A DNA stretch of 54,707 nt from contig CAZTKT010000001.1 of assembly GCA_964614265.1 (NCBI GenBank), positions 1 to 54,707 of the forward strand. The letters are read 5' to 3'. Below are positions 27,657 through 36,505 of the stretch, piece after piece. The position numbers and the translations under genes are program-made. The stretch is from an uncultured Candidatus Saccharibacteria bacterium (GTDB taxonomy: Bacteria > Patescibacteriota > Minisyncoccia > Phycocordibacterales > UBA918). The stretch's first letter is position 1, and every line of letters begins with the position of its first letter. Under the pieces are notes generated by a model. That model searched no databases. It saw only the letters and a program-made list of their open reading frames with translations, and was not told where the DNA came from.

Positions 27657-28874
27657 TTATTTTGAATAAGTATCTATCTCGTCACATGTGTGTAACTTGT
27701 GGAAAAAACGTGCGGCTAATGCAAGGCGAGGATCGATAGGTACCTCAGCAGGGAGTGTCACTAACTCACGCATTGCCTCTGGCGAGAGCGGAATAATTGT
27801 TTGCGTCTCACGTCCAGTCGCCTGTTTTGTGGCAGATGCAACACTGTCAACAAAAAATTCTTTTGTTGGTTGGTCAAGGATAACAAAAATAGTTTGTGGG
27901 AGCACATATCGTACGGTAAGTGTGCGCATGACCTGTTCAAGTTGGTCTGCGTATGTTTTTTGTGCTTGTGCAAGTAGTGGCGCATGCGACTTTGGTACCG
28001 AACCTTGTGCGTAGGCACGGAGATACCCTCGAGCTTCCTCGGGGATGGTGTGAGAGAGGGTGGCGATATCTCGAATGATTGCATGGGCCCCCACTTCAAG
28101 GGTCGCTGTCTCGTACAGTATTGTATCTTGTATAAGTGTAACCTCAGTTGCTTCTCCAGAAATATCAACTATCATTGCGTGTGTAACGAGTGGGTAGAGA
28201 TCTCGTAGGACACAATAGAGAATGAGCGCCGATGTGTGTACACGTAGTGCAATGGATTGGTGCATGTGTCGTTCGATATCCTCAAGTGCGGTCAAAATAG
28301 AGATCGGTACTAGGCCACGGAGATGTGCAATAGTAATTTCCGACACCTCCTTATGGTATGGATTTTGTACGTGATATCCATTGAGGGTAATGTCTACGAT
28401 GAGTTTTTCAACGAGTTGTTGCCCAGTATCGGCAGCAATCTTTTTGTCGTCAGTGCCATGCGCTTTTTCGGTCTCATATGCACGTGCGATGATGTCCTCG
28501 ATGAGTTTTGGGGTGGTCGTAAACGGAGTTTTTTGTTCAAAATGGATGATTTGTGTGGTGGTGTATGACCACGGCGCACCGCAAGAGACAAGTATGTTCT
28601 CGATCCGTAGCCGCTTGTCTTTTTTGTATAACGCTCGCATCCCGTTTTGTTCAAGCTCAAGCATTGTGGAAAAGAGTGCGTGTCGCATTGCTCGCACATG
28701 ATCTTCCGGCGTATATTTTGCCCGGATCGACATGAACTCTCGGTGTATGTACAGCACATCGGGAAGCGTCTTCTTTTTTTCAGAGAGGACGATACTGACT
28801 GCAACACTTCCCGAACCAATATCAACAATGGCGCCACAGCGAGTATTTTGTATGCGTTTACTAAACAACCCCAT
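27657..28874 (-). CDS. Actin-fold (ASKHA) ATPase, FtsA/PilM/Ppx-like
   Basis: Phosphate-1-like AIVDIGSGSVAVSIV and phosphate-2-like AMIVDISGEATEVTL. 405 aa. Confidence 0.6.
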   Translation of the reverse strand: MGLFSKRIQNTRCGAIVDIGSGSVAVSIVLSEKKKTLPDVLYIHREFMSIRAKYTPEDHVRAMRHALFSTMLELEQNGMRALYKKDKRLRIENILVSCGAPWSYTTTQIIHFEQKTPFTTTPKLIEDIIARAYETEKAHGTDDKKIAADTGQQLVEKLIVDITLNGYHVQNPYHKEVSEITIAHLRGLVPISILTALEDIERHMHQSIALRVHTSALILYCVLRDLYPLVTHAMIVDISGEATEVTLIQDTILYETATLEVGAHAIIRDIATLSHTIPEEARGYLRAYAQGSVPKSHAPLLAQAQKTYADQLEQVMRTLTVRYVLPQTIFVILDQPTKEFFVDSVASATKQATGRETQTIIPLSPEAMRELVTLPAEVPIDPRLALAARFFHKLHTCDEIDTYSK

Positions 28875-28974
28875 AATTTACATAGTATATCGTATTGTGA
28901 GTAATACGATATGTTTGTAATCCACTGCTCCACGTACGTTGGGTATGGTACACAGTACGTTATGAACTGTATTT

Positions 28975-30846
28975 TTATTGTAATACTGCCTTCACCCGTC
29001 TGATACCAGCGGCAGACGATTCTTCGGAGATAATTTTAAAAACACCAGTAAGCGTTGCGGTGTTTTCTACGTGTGGGCCTCCGCAGAGCTCACGTGAATA
29101 GACCGTCCCATCCACACCACGCACGGTGTACACTTTTACTTCGTCTGGGTATCGTTCCCAGAAACTTCCTTCGATGGCGGGATCATGTTGCGCGGCATCT
29201 TTTGAGAGAGTTTCGATGGTGACTGATGCGCCTGCCCTAATAGCATTGGTGACGTACTGCCCGACGCGGTCGAGTGTCTCGCGGTCTACTTTCTTGGGAT
29301 AGGTGAAATCAAAACGGAGACGCTCTCCGGTGATATTGGAGCCAGCCTGATGCACCTCATCTCCGAGTTCTTTTCGTAATCCTGCAAGCAAGAGGTGTGT
29401 GGCGGTATGATACTGCACGACTTTTTCCGAGTGATCGGCAAGCCCGCCCTTGAACTTGTGTTCCGCACCGGCACGGGAGGTTTCTTGATGTTTTTTCATG
29501 GCCTCTTTGAAACCAAGATTATCTACGAGGATATTTCGTTCATCTGCAATTTCTTGCGTCAGCTCTATTGGAAAGCCGTGTGTTGTGAAAAGAAAAAACG
29601 CTTCCTCACCTGAAAGAGATCCCTTTTTGGCCATCTTCTCAAACCGCCTCATTCCATGTTTTAAAGTAATGCGAAATCCTTTTTCCTCCTCCTCAATTTC
29701 CCATTCGATACTACCTACTTGCTTCGCAAGGCTTGGATAGTGTGTTTGGTATATGGTGATCACACTCTTCGCCAGATTCTTTAATTCGCCTTCAGGTATA
29801 CCAAGTATGTCTGCATATCTGATACTTCGACGAAGTAACCTTCTTACAAAATAACCCCGGTCTACATTTAAAGGAACGACTCCATCTCCGATGAGAAACG
29901 TTGCCGCACGAATATGATCAGCGATCACACGAAACGCAACGAGGTTATCCGTGTACTTTTTTCCTGACAGTGTTTCAAGTTGGGAAATGATGGGGGCAAG
30001 GAGATCAATCTTAAAAATATCAGGATCATCCTGTGCCGCCGCAGTCATGCGCTCCAGTCCCCCACCGAAGTCCACATTTTTTTGCGGCAATTTGGAAAAG
30101 GTGCCATCGGTATTTTTTACATACTCCATGAAGACATTGTTGCCGATCTCCATAAAGCGCCCGCAGTCGCAGTTTGGGTGGCAGTGTTCGCCATACTTGG
30201 TATCATGTTCGGTACCAAAATCATAAAACATCTCCGAGTCAGGTCCGCCCGGCTCGCCTGCCGGCATCTTTTCCGGCACGCCGGCACGGCTCCACCAGTT
30301 TTTCTTCGCTTCGTAATAGAAAATTCGTTCGCCATCCTTGATGCCGCGTGCGCCACCCTCCGCCTCCGAGCCGATGTGTGCGACTTCGTGCGAGACACCG
30401 ACTTCTCCGAGGAGTCTCTGCCAGATGGCAACCGACTCATCATCTTTCGGAAGATTATTCTTTTCGTCACCCGCAAAGACGGTGAAATAAAGTCTCTGTG
30501 GATCCAAGTCAACTTTCTTTGTCAAAAATTCAAACATCCACGAAAGCTGTTCTTCTTTGAAATAATCGCCAAACGACCAATTCCCCAGCATCTCAAAAAA
30601 GGTCGTATGCCGGTTGTCCCCCACTTCTTCGATGTCGTCGCTACGGAATGCTTTTTGCGAGTCTACGATACGTGTCCCCTTTGGGTGCGTCTCCCCCATC
30701 AGATACGGGAGCATGGGTTGCATCCCACTACCGGTAAAGAGTGTGGTCGGATCATTCTCTGGCACGAGCGCAGAGGATGGCACAATGGCGTGCGCTTTTG
30801 CCTTGAAAAACTCTAGGTATTTTTGACGTATGAGATTGCCGGACAT
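28975..30846 (-). CDS. alaS: Alanyl-tRNA synthetase, short form (catalytic, tRNA-binding and editing domains; no C-Ala domain)
   Basis: FTGSGMQP...RHTTFFEMLGNWSFGDYFK, an editing domain (HTATHLL...CGGPHVENT), and an end at 623 aa. Confidence 0.95.
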   Translation of the reverse strand: MSGNLIRQKYLEFFKAKAHAIVPSSALVPENDPTTLFTGSGMQPMLPYLMGETHPKGTRIVDSQKAFRSDDIEEVGDNRHTTFFEMLGNWSFGDYFKEEQLSWMFEFLTKKVDLDPQRLYFTVFAGDEKNNLPKDDESVAIWQRLLGEVGVSHEVAHIGSEAEGGARGIKDGERIFYYEAKKNWWSRAGVPEKMPAGEPGGPDSEMFYDFGTEHDTKYGEHCHPNCDCGRFMEIGNNVFMEYVKNTDGTFSKLPQKNVDFGGGLERMTAAAQDDPDIFKIDLLAPIISQLETLSGKKYTDNLVAFRVIADHIRAATFLIGDGVVPLNVDRGYFVRRLLRRSIRYADILGIPEGELKNLAKSVITIYQTHYPSLAKQVGSIEWEIEEEEKGFRITLKHGMRRFEKMAKKGSLSGEEAFFLFTTHGFPIELTQEIADERNILVDNLGFKEAMKKHQETSRAGAEHKFKGGLADHSEKVVQYHTATHLLLAGLRKELGDEVHQAGSNITGERLRFDFTYPKKVDRETLDRVGQYVTNAIRAGASVTIETLSKDAAQHDPAIEGSFWERYPDEVKVYTVRGVDGTVYSRELCGGPHVENTATLTGVFKIISEESSAAGIRRVKAVLQ

Positions 30847-30860
30847 AAGATGGGTAATTT

Positions 30861-33800
30861 TTACTGATTCTGCAAGAAAGTCTCAATAACTGCAAGCATA
30901 CGTGTATATCCCTCTGGTTTGAGGCTCTCAATAAAATTACCGTGATACGGATTCTTCAGGTTCATTCCTGGGTCAAGAATCTTGTATTTTTTCTTGAATT
31001 GTTCGAGCGGTGTCTGCGTTCCATTCTCGTATGCCATGTCCCAAAATGATTGGAACGCTTCTCGCATATTACCATTATGATACAAAATCCAATTCTCGAC
31101 ACCGATACCACCAAATCCTCCGTGTTCTACTCGCTTGTACGCATTGCCTGCATTTAGCAGTTCTTTCGTTAAGACGATAGTAGCGACGGTTTGCTGATAC
31201 AATTCCTCTCCGCAATTTTTCCGTACCCAGTCTAGTTTTTCGGATACAGCACTGTGAGAGCCGAATTCTGCTGGGTCTGATTTCTTTGCAAAACCGATGT
31301 CAATATCAATGGCATTTTCAAGTGCAAGACCGCCGATCTGACTCACTCCCATCGCGCGTAATTGATAATAACCACTTGCTTCAGAATGCGATTTGTCTTC
31401 GGTAAAGATAAATTTCTCTTTTACCTGTGTAGCAATTTCTTGGGCACGTGAAAAATCGTGTTGATCGAGCTGAAGGATGAGATCGAAATCATAACTGCCG
31501 GCAGTATTTGTATTTCTTCCTGTGGATCCGATATCGAGAAGCTGTGCACCAATAATACTTGCGTCATATTCTTCTTTAAGTTCGATATTGAGTTCACCCA
31601 AGGCGTTCATGACTGTAGTACGGATATGCGTCGATACTTCAGATAATTTCTCATGGTCTTGCGCCTTTGTTTCCCATACCCGTTGCATCTGCGCTTTGAG
31701 GGGATTATCTTCAGGAATCTGGTTGACCGTAAGCGCGTCTCCATCGAATCGATTGAGTCCATTGAACGTCTTTCGGTACTCGTTATACATCTGCGGAGTA
31801 AAGATAACCGTTCCGTTCGTGTCGCACACAGGGATGTACCAACCATTTTGTGCAATTTCATAATAGGCTTTTTCCAGAGATTTTGGTTCTTGCATCAAGG
31901 ACTCTCTGGCGACCATGAAGTCGATCTCAGTTGAAGGAAATCCTGTTCTGATACCGTAATGTTTTCCTCCTCCTGTAGGAAATAATTCCATATGATCACG
32001 ATCATATGATGTATCTCCACCTAGCTCTGTGTGCTGGAACTGTCCTCTATCACGCACTACGAAGATCAGGTTCCCAAAACCTGTTGCCATTGAACTTTGC
32101 ATTGCTCCGAGAAAGCCACTTCCCATGTCTTCGTTATTCACTCTGCTCACATCTGTATCAAGAGGGGTCGAATCACTTTGTGCAGAGGAGCCAAGAAATT
32201 CCTTTGCGACCGAACCATTTTGTAAAATGCCTGGAAGGTATTGTAACGGCGTCCCCTTGAGTAGGTCGCCGGCATGTAGTATAAGACCCTCCGAATGGCT
32301 GCGGTAAAGCTCAAGATTCCGCTCATGCGCCGCTGTTTTTGTCTCACGCATCTGCACGAGCACTCCATCCAAGCTCTCAATACCAAGAGGTCGTAAAAAC
32401 ATCTCTGCAATCCGGGCATTCAATGATGCGCCTTCGGCGACTCCCAAGCTCTCTCGGAGGTATTGATAGTGCTCCGCAAGTGTCATCTCGTCGCGCACCA
32501 GTTCCGTGTTTTTTCCCAGTGTCGAGTTAAAGAAAAGTGTGTGGAATTTTTCTAAGGTATAGGCAAACTTTTTCTGTTCTTCCGCTGATAATGTCTCTAT
32601 ACCATCGCTGTCCACGCGCTGCAAAAGCTTCTCTCCGCTCTGAAGCGTTTCGATATATTGACGCAATGAACGGTTTGCCGAGTCCGTGTGTATGCGCAAA
32701 AGATCATTGTAAATAATAGAGGAGCGTCGACGAGCTCCTGCTGCAGTTAAAGTGGGGCTTCCTGGGAACCCTCTTTTTAAGCTTGTCTCAATGTCTGTGG
32801 CAGAATGCAAAATGTCAAACACTTTGTAGATCTTTCCGACTGCAGGGAGATTATTCTTTATAAATACATCCTCAATTTTTTTATAGACCACTACTGGATT
32901 GTCTACAGTCAAGAGTTGTTGCATGAACGAATCTTTCACTCGTTGAATTTCTTGCGAAGGAGATGCATCAATCTGAAGACATATCTCAATATAATCTACA
33001 CGTTTTTCTTTTGGAATAGCCCCTAACTCTTTAGTATGTTTCCATAAATGATTTCGGAGATATGGTTGATCCCTGGTTTGCTCAAAAACATCAAGTAAAT
33101 CATACTGAACAACATCTAATATTTTCGGAATGGCGTCTGTAAAAAAATGCGTTCCCATGTAGCCTGGAGAAGAGAAGCCATACTCGCAAAGTTTTTCTGC
33201 AGTCTCAAAAAAAGATGTCTCATTGTCGATAATCGTCCTGTCACGAGACGCACTAATGAGATCAGGGATGTCGTCAAATTGTAGAATGTACTTCACGGCA
33301 GTCTGTAGGCGCGTGTAAAATTGTACAGTATGTTCATCGAATAATTCTTTCTGCATGTGCTCGTCCTCGCATACCTGTTTAAAATACTGCATGCTATAGC
33401 TGAGTTGGCCATGAACGTTATTATCCGTCAAATTACACTGAAACTTTTGTTCTAATTGGTCTAGCACCTCTAAAGAATGTGGAATTTCCAAAATCTCTGT
33501 ATAAAAAGGGGCTTGCCTAATATTGAAACTCCCGAACTTTTTTATTATTTCTGCTGCCCTGCCAGAGGCCATCCCCTCACGCCAATAGGGGTTATGGAAA
33601 AGTCCAAGAATCTGTCCGCCGGCTGGAGCACGGATTTCGTCGTTTTGGGTGTAGAAATCATATCGGAGGAAATCCGGAAGCTCTACTTGATACCCGAGTG
33701 TGTTTTTCATCTGTAATACAAATTCCTTAAACTCTGGCCGGAACACTTCAGAAAGAATCTCTTGCGATTTTTCATTTTTAAGAATGTCGAGTAGCCCACC

Positions 33801-35231
33801 AATTTCTGGTCTGATATCAAGTTCACGACAGAGTTCTAGGAATGGAATTGCAGCCGGGTATTCACGCAACATTTTGTATGTCTCAATGTTTTGCAAATGC
33901 GGAGTGTTTCCTTGTAGGATTGAGACACTTTCTAGAAAATGTGCGAGATCAGGATCATTACGCATCTCCTGCACTATTGGGACTTCTAGTAGCGTGTGAA
34001 TTTTTTCAGCTGTAGTCTGATTTCTCTCCTCGGTAGTGTGTCTTCTCCCGTACGAGGCTTCATATAAAAGTTCATCCAGAAGCCACGGAGTTGTACGAAC
34101 AATTCTTGCACACTCTCCAGCAAGCTCTGCGTCATCGAGCATCAATACATCATTCCAATGCTCACGTGGGGAGACAGAGCGGTTGTGGTGTTTTTGTCGC
34201 AATCTTATCGCGGTGAGTAGCGTAAACAGATCATCATCTGAGACCATTTTTATTGTTGTGTCCCAATGATCACCAAGTGATATGTGAAAACCAAGTTGTT
34301 GTAGTTGAGCGATTTTTTCTAAATTTGTGTCACTTATTTCTTCCTGTTTGACAGAGTCGAAAGCATAGTCCTTTATCATGTCAGCGACATACGGTTCTGA
34401 AAGTATTAATTCGTACTGGTGGTTATTATATCCAAAATAACGAGAACCGACATGTATGCCAGCCTGTTCTAATTTTTCCAATACCCTATTGATTTCTGGA
34501 GACTCGACGAAATCGTGAAGCGCTTCAAACTGATACTTCATCATATGCCCATCAATATGAAATCCCAGCCTTTTCAATCTCTCAATCATCACCACCGGGT
34601 CATTTGCCTTGCCCAAAAGCTCAGCTAGTTTCTTCTCTTCTTTTGGTGACACACGATATGGCACTTCTCTCTCTATTGAAAATTCTACCTGTCCCTCTCG
34701 ATACGAATCATGTATGTCATGAATCGTATATCCTTCCCGTCTATATTTTTCTACTTCCCTATTTGCTCTCCCTGATTTGACATACTTGTGGTGCGATTCG
34801 GTATTGATCAACTGCTGTTCCAAATAACGAGTAAACGCAATAAGATCATCTGGATTTTCTATGCCGGCACGTCGTAACTGGGCGCGTTTTCTGCGTTCCT
34901 TCAGTTTTGCAATTAAGCCTGATGTGCTACGGCTCCGTTCTAATTCTGCTCGCGCGTCAGCGAGTGTCGGAAGTGGCACGGATTCAACCGTAGGTAGTGT
35001 CTCTGGCACTTCTGCAGGAAGCCTTTCCCTACGTTTCCCTTCTATATATTGTTCAGCCCGATCTAAAAGCTGTGCAGTATTCTCATGATACTCGCGTTCC
35101 CGTCTTTGCTCGAGAGTCTCGACAGGAATGGTCGGAGCTTCAGTCGCTGAAGGTAGGGTCTCACCCGCTTCTGGTTGAGGCGGTGGGACCCTCTCGGTAT
35201 TTTGAGTATGATGATGAAAACGTTCTGGCAT
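30861..35231 (-). CDS. Orphan 1456-aa protein with a C-terminal Pol-beta-type nucleotidyltransferase module
   Basis: LLDIGSTGRNTNTAGSYDFDLIL (G-S...D-x-D), AIDIDIGF and VEHGGFGGIGVENWILYH all lie in the last ~260 aa. I see no signal peptide or TM helix, and the upstream ~1150 aa are unrecognised. Confidence 0.75.
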   Translation of the reverse strand: MPERFHHHTQNTERVPPPQPEAGETLPSATEAPTIPVETLEQRREREYHENTAQLLDRAEQYIEGKRRERLPAEVPETLPTVESVPLPTLADARAELERSRSTSGLIAKLKERRKRAQLRRAGIENPDDLIAFTRYLEQQLINTESHHKYVKSGRANREVEKYRREGYTIHDIHDSYREGQVEFSIEREVPYRVSPKEEKKLAELLGKANDPVVMIERLKRLGFHIDGHMMKYQFEALHDFVESPEINRVLEKLEQAGIHVGSRYFGYNNHQYELILSEPYVADMIKDYAFDSVKQEEISDTNLEKIAQLQQLGFHISLGDHWDTTIKMVSDDDLFTLLTAIRLRQKHHNRSVSPREHWNDVLMLDDAELAGECARIVRTTPWLLDELLYEASYGRRHTTEERNQTTAEKIHTLLEVPIVQEMRNDPDLAHFLESVSILQGNTPHLQNIETYKMLREYPAAIPFLELCRELDIRPEIGGLLDILKNEKSQEILSEVFRPEFKEFVLQMKNTLGYQVELPDFLRYDFYTQNDEIRAPAGGQILGLFHNPYWREGMASGRAAEIIKKFGSFNIRQAPFYTEILEIPHSLEVLDQLEQKFQCNLTDNNVHGQLSYSMQYFKQVCEDEHMQKELFDEHTVQFYTRLQTAVKYILQFDDIPDLISASRDRTIIDNETSFFETAEKLCEYGFSSPGYMGTHFFTDAIPKILDVVQYDLLDVFEQTRDQPYLRNHLWKHTKELGAIPKEKRVDYIEICLQIDASPSQEIQRVKDSFMQQLLTVDNPVVVYKKIEDVFIKNNLPAVGKIYKVFDILHSATDIETSLKRGFPGSPTLTAAGARRRSSIIYNDLLRIHTDSANRSLRQYIETLQSGEKLLQRVDSDGIETLSAEEQKKFAYTLEKFHTLFFNSTLGKNTELVRDEMTLAEHYQYLRESLGVAEGASLNARIAEMFLRPLGIESLDGVLVQMRETKTAAHERNLELYRSHSEGLILHAGDLLKGTPLQYLPGILQNGSVAKEFLGSSAQSDSTPLDTDVSRVNNEDMGSGFLGAMQSSMATGFGNLIFVVRDRGQFQHTELGGDTSYDRDHMELFPTGGGKHYGIRTGFPSTEIDFMVARESLMQEPKSLEKAYYEIAQNGWYIPVCDTNGTVIFTPQMYNEYRKTFNGLNRFDGDALTVNQIPEDNPLKAQMQRVWETKAQDHEKLSEVSTHIRTTVMNALGELNIELKEEYDASIIGAQLLDIGSTGRNTNTAGSYDFDLILQLDQHDFSRAQEIATQVKEKFIFTEDKSHSEASGYYQLRAMGVSQIGGLALENAIDIDIGFAKKSDPAEFGSHSAVSEKLDWVRKNCGEELYQQTVATIVLTKELLNAGNAYKRVEHGGFGGIGVENWILYHNGNMREAFQSFWDMAYENGTQTPLEQFKKKYKILDPGMNLKNPYHGNFIESLKPEGYTRMLAVIETFLQNQ

Positions 35232-35248
35232 ACGTACCTAGTATAGTA

Positions 35249-36505
35249 CTACACCGGTCCCGCGCCAGAGATAACAATCTTATCGGGATCAAGGTATTGG
35301 CGTAGGGCACTGTTGACGTCTTTTTTCGTCAGTCCTGCAATGGCATCATACTGCGCGACAAGTGCGGTTGCAGTCATGCCGGCACAGCGTGCGTCATGAT
35401 AGAGCGCAAGGGTCTTTGCATCTGACTCGTGCGCAAGGGTGAATTGGTTTTTGAGTAGTTCTTTGAAACGAACGAGCTCGGTCTCAGTGATACCTTTTTC
35501 GATAATTTTTTTGATCTCTGCGGTGGTGGAGGTGATACCATGCGTGAGATCTTTGGGGGTGAAAAACGTAAAGATGTACCACATACCAGAGCGATCTGTG
35601 GTGATCCCCTCTGTGCGTGCGTAGATGGTATATGTCAGTCCTTGTTTCTCGCGAACGGTGCTCATGAGTCGACCGCTAAAGCCTCCCCATTTTCCCAGTA
35701 CGCTTAATCCAAATTGGAATGGGAGCAGGGTTTGGTCAGAGAGGGTGAGCGGAAAGGTGTTGCCGATAAAGAGCTCGACATTTGTCTTGCCGGGGACTGA
35801 TTGATACTGTGTGATCGCATCATGTGCGGGAACGATGAGCTGGTATGGTGACGAATCAGCAGATGTTTCTGTGAGTGCGAAGAGTGCAAGGATTGCTTCT
35901 TGCGCTTTCTGTGTCCCCGATATACTTACAATGCGGGGACGACGAAGGAGACGTGTATGTAAATCGACGTAGGTTTTTCGGGTGATCGATTTAAGCGCGG
36001 TGCGACGTGTGGCAACAGATGGTCGATAGTATGGATGTGCTTTTGTATAGAGGAGTTGGGTGAAGGTATTGTATGCACGAGTGCGGGCGTTGTCTGCCTC
36101 ATCATGCAGTGCCTGACGATACTGTATGTGAACCTGGGTAATCTCTTTTGGATTGAATGCTGGTGCACGAAGCATCTCGCTCATAAGACGAAGGAATGGG
36201 GTGAGGTGTTCTGATAGTGTACAACCACTTATCGTGATACCGAATGAATCACTACTGATCGAGAGCTCTGCGCCTATTTTTTCAAGTGCATCAGCGAATG
36301 CGTCCCGTGTTTTTGTCTTGGTGCCTCGTTGAAGGAGCTCGGCGTAGAGTGGCGCGAGCATGCGATCGGCAACTGTATCTAGCGGTATGGTTATCTTAAC
36401 GCGTGTCACTGCATCTGTTTGCGGAATGATGCGGGTGACCTCGAGGCATCCAACGGTACTGGTGGTAGGTGTTCGCATAGTGCTAGTGGGAAATAAAATT
36501 ACCAA
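35249..36505 (-). CDS. M16-family peptidase-like protein lacking the HxxEH motif (non-catalytic partner type)
   Basis: 418 aa with M16 N/C-domain-like sequence and no zinc motif. It is adjacent to the HxxEH-bearing paralog. Confidence 0.75.
   Translation of the reverse strand: MVILFPTSTMRTPTTSTVGCLEVTRIIPQTDAVTRVKITIPLDTVADRMLAPLYAELLQRGTKTKTRDAFADALEKIGAELSISSDSFGITISGCTLSEHLTPFLRLMSEMLRAPAFNPKEITQVHIQYRQALHDEADNARTRAYNTFTQLLYTKAHPYYRPSVATRRTALKSITRKTYVDLHTRLLRRPRIVSISGTQKAQEAILALFALTETSADSSPYQLIVPAHDAITQYQSVPGKTNVELFIGNTFPLTLSDQTLLPFQFGLSVLGKWGGFSGRLMSTVREKQGLTYTIYARTEGITTDRSGMWYIFTFFTPKDLTHGITSTTAEIKKIIEKGITETELVRFKELLKNQFTLAHESDAKTLALYHDARCAGMTATALVAQYDAIAGLTKKDVNSALRQYLDPDKIVISGAGPV

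Noticed and set aside
29980-30816. A 278-aa plus-strand ORF
   Set aside because: It lies entirely antisense to alaS and has no recognisable motifs, so it is a shadow ORF.
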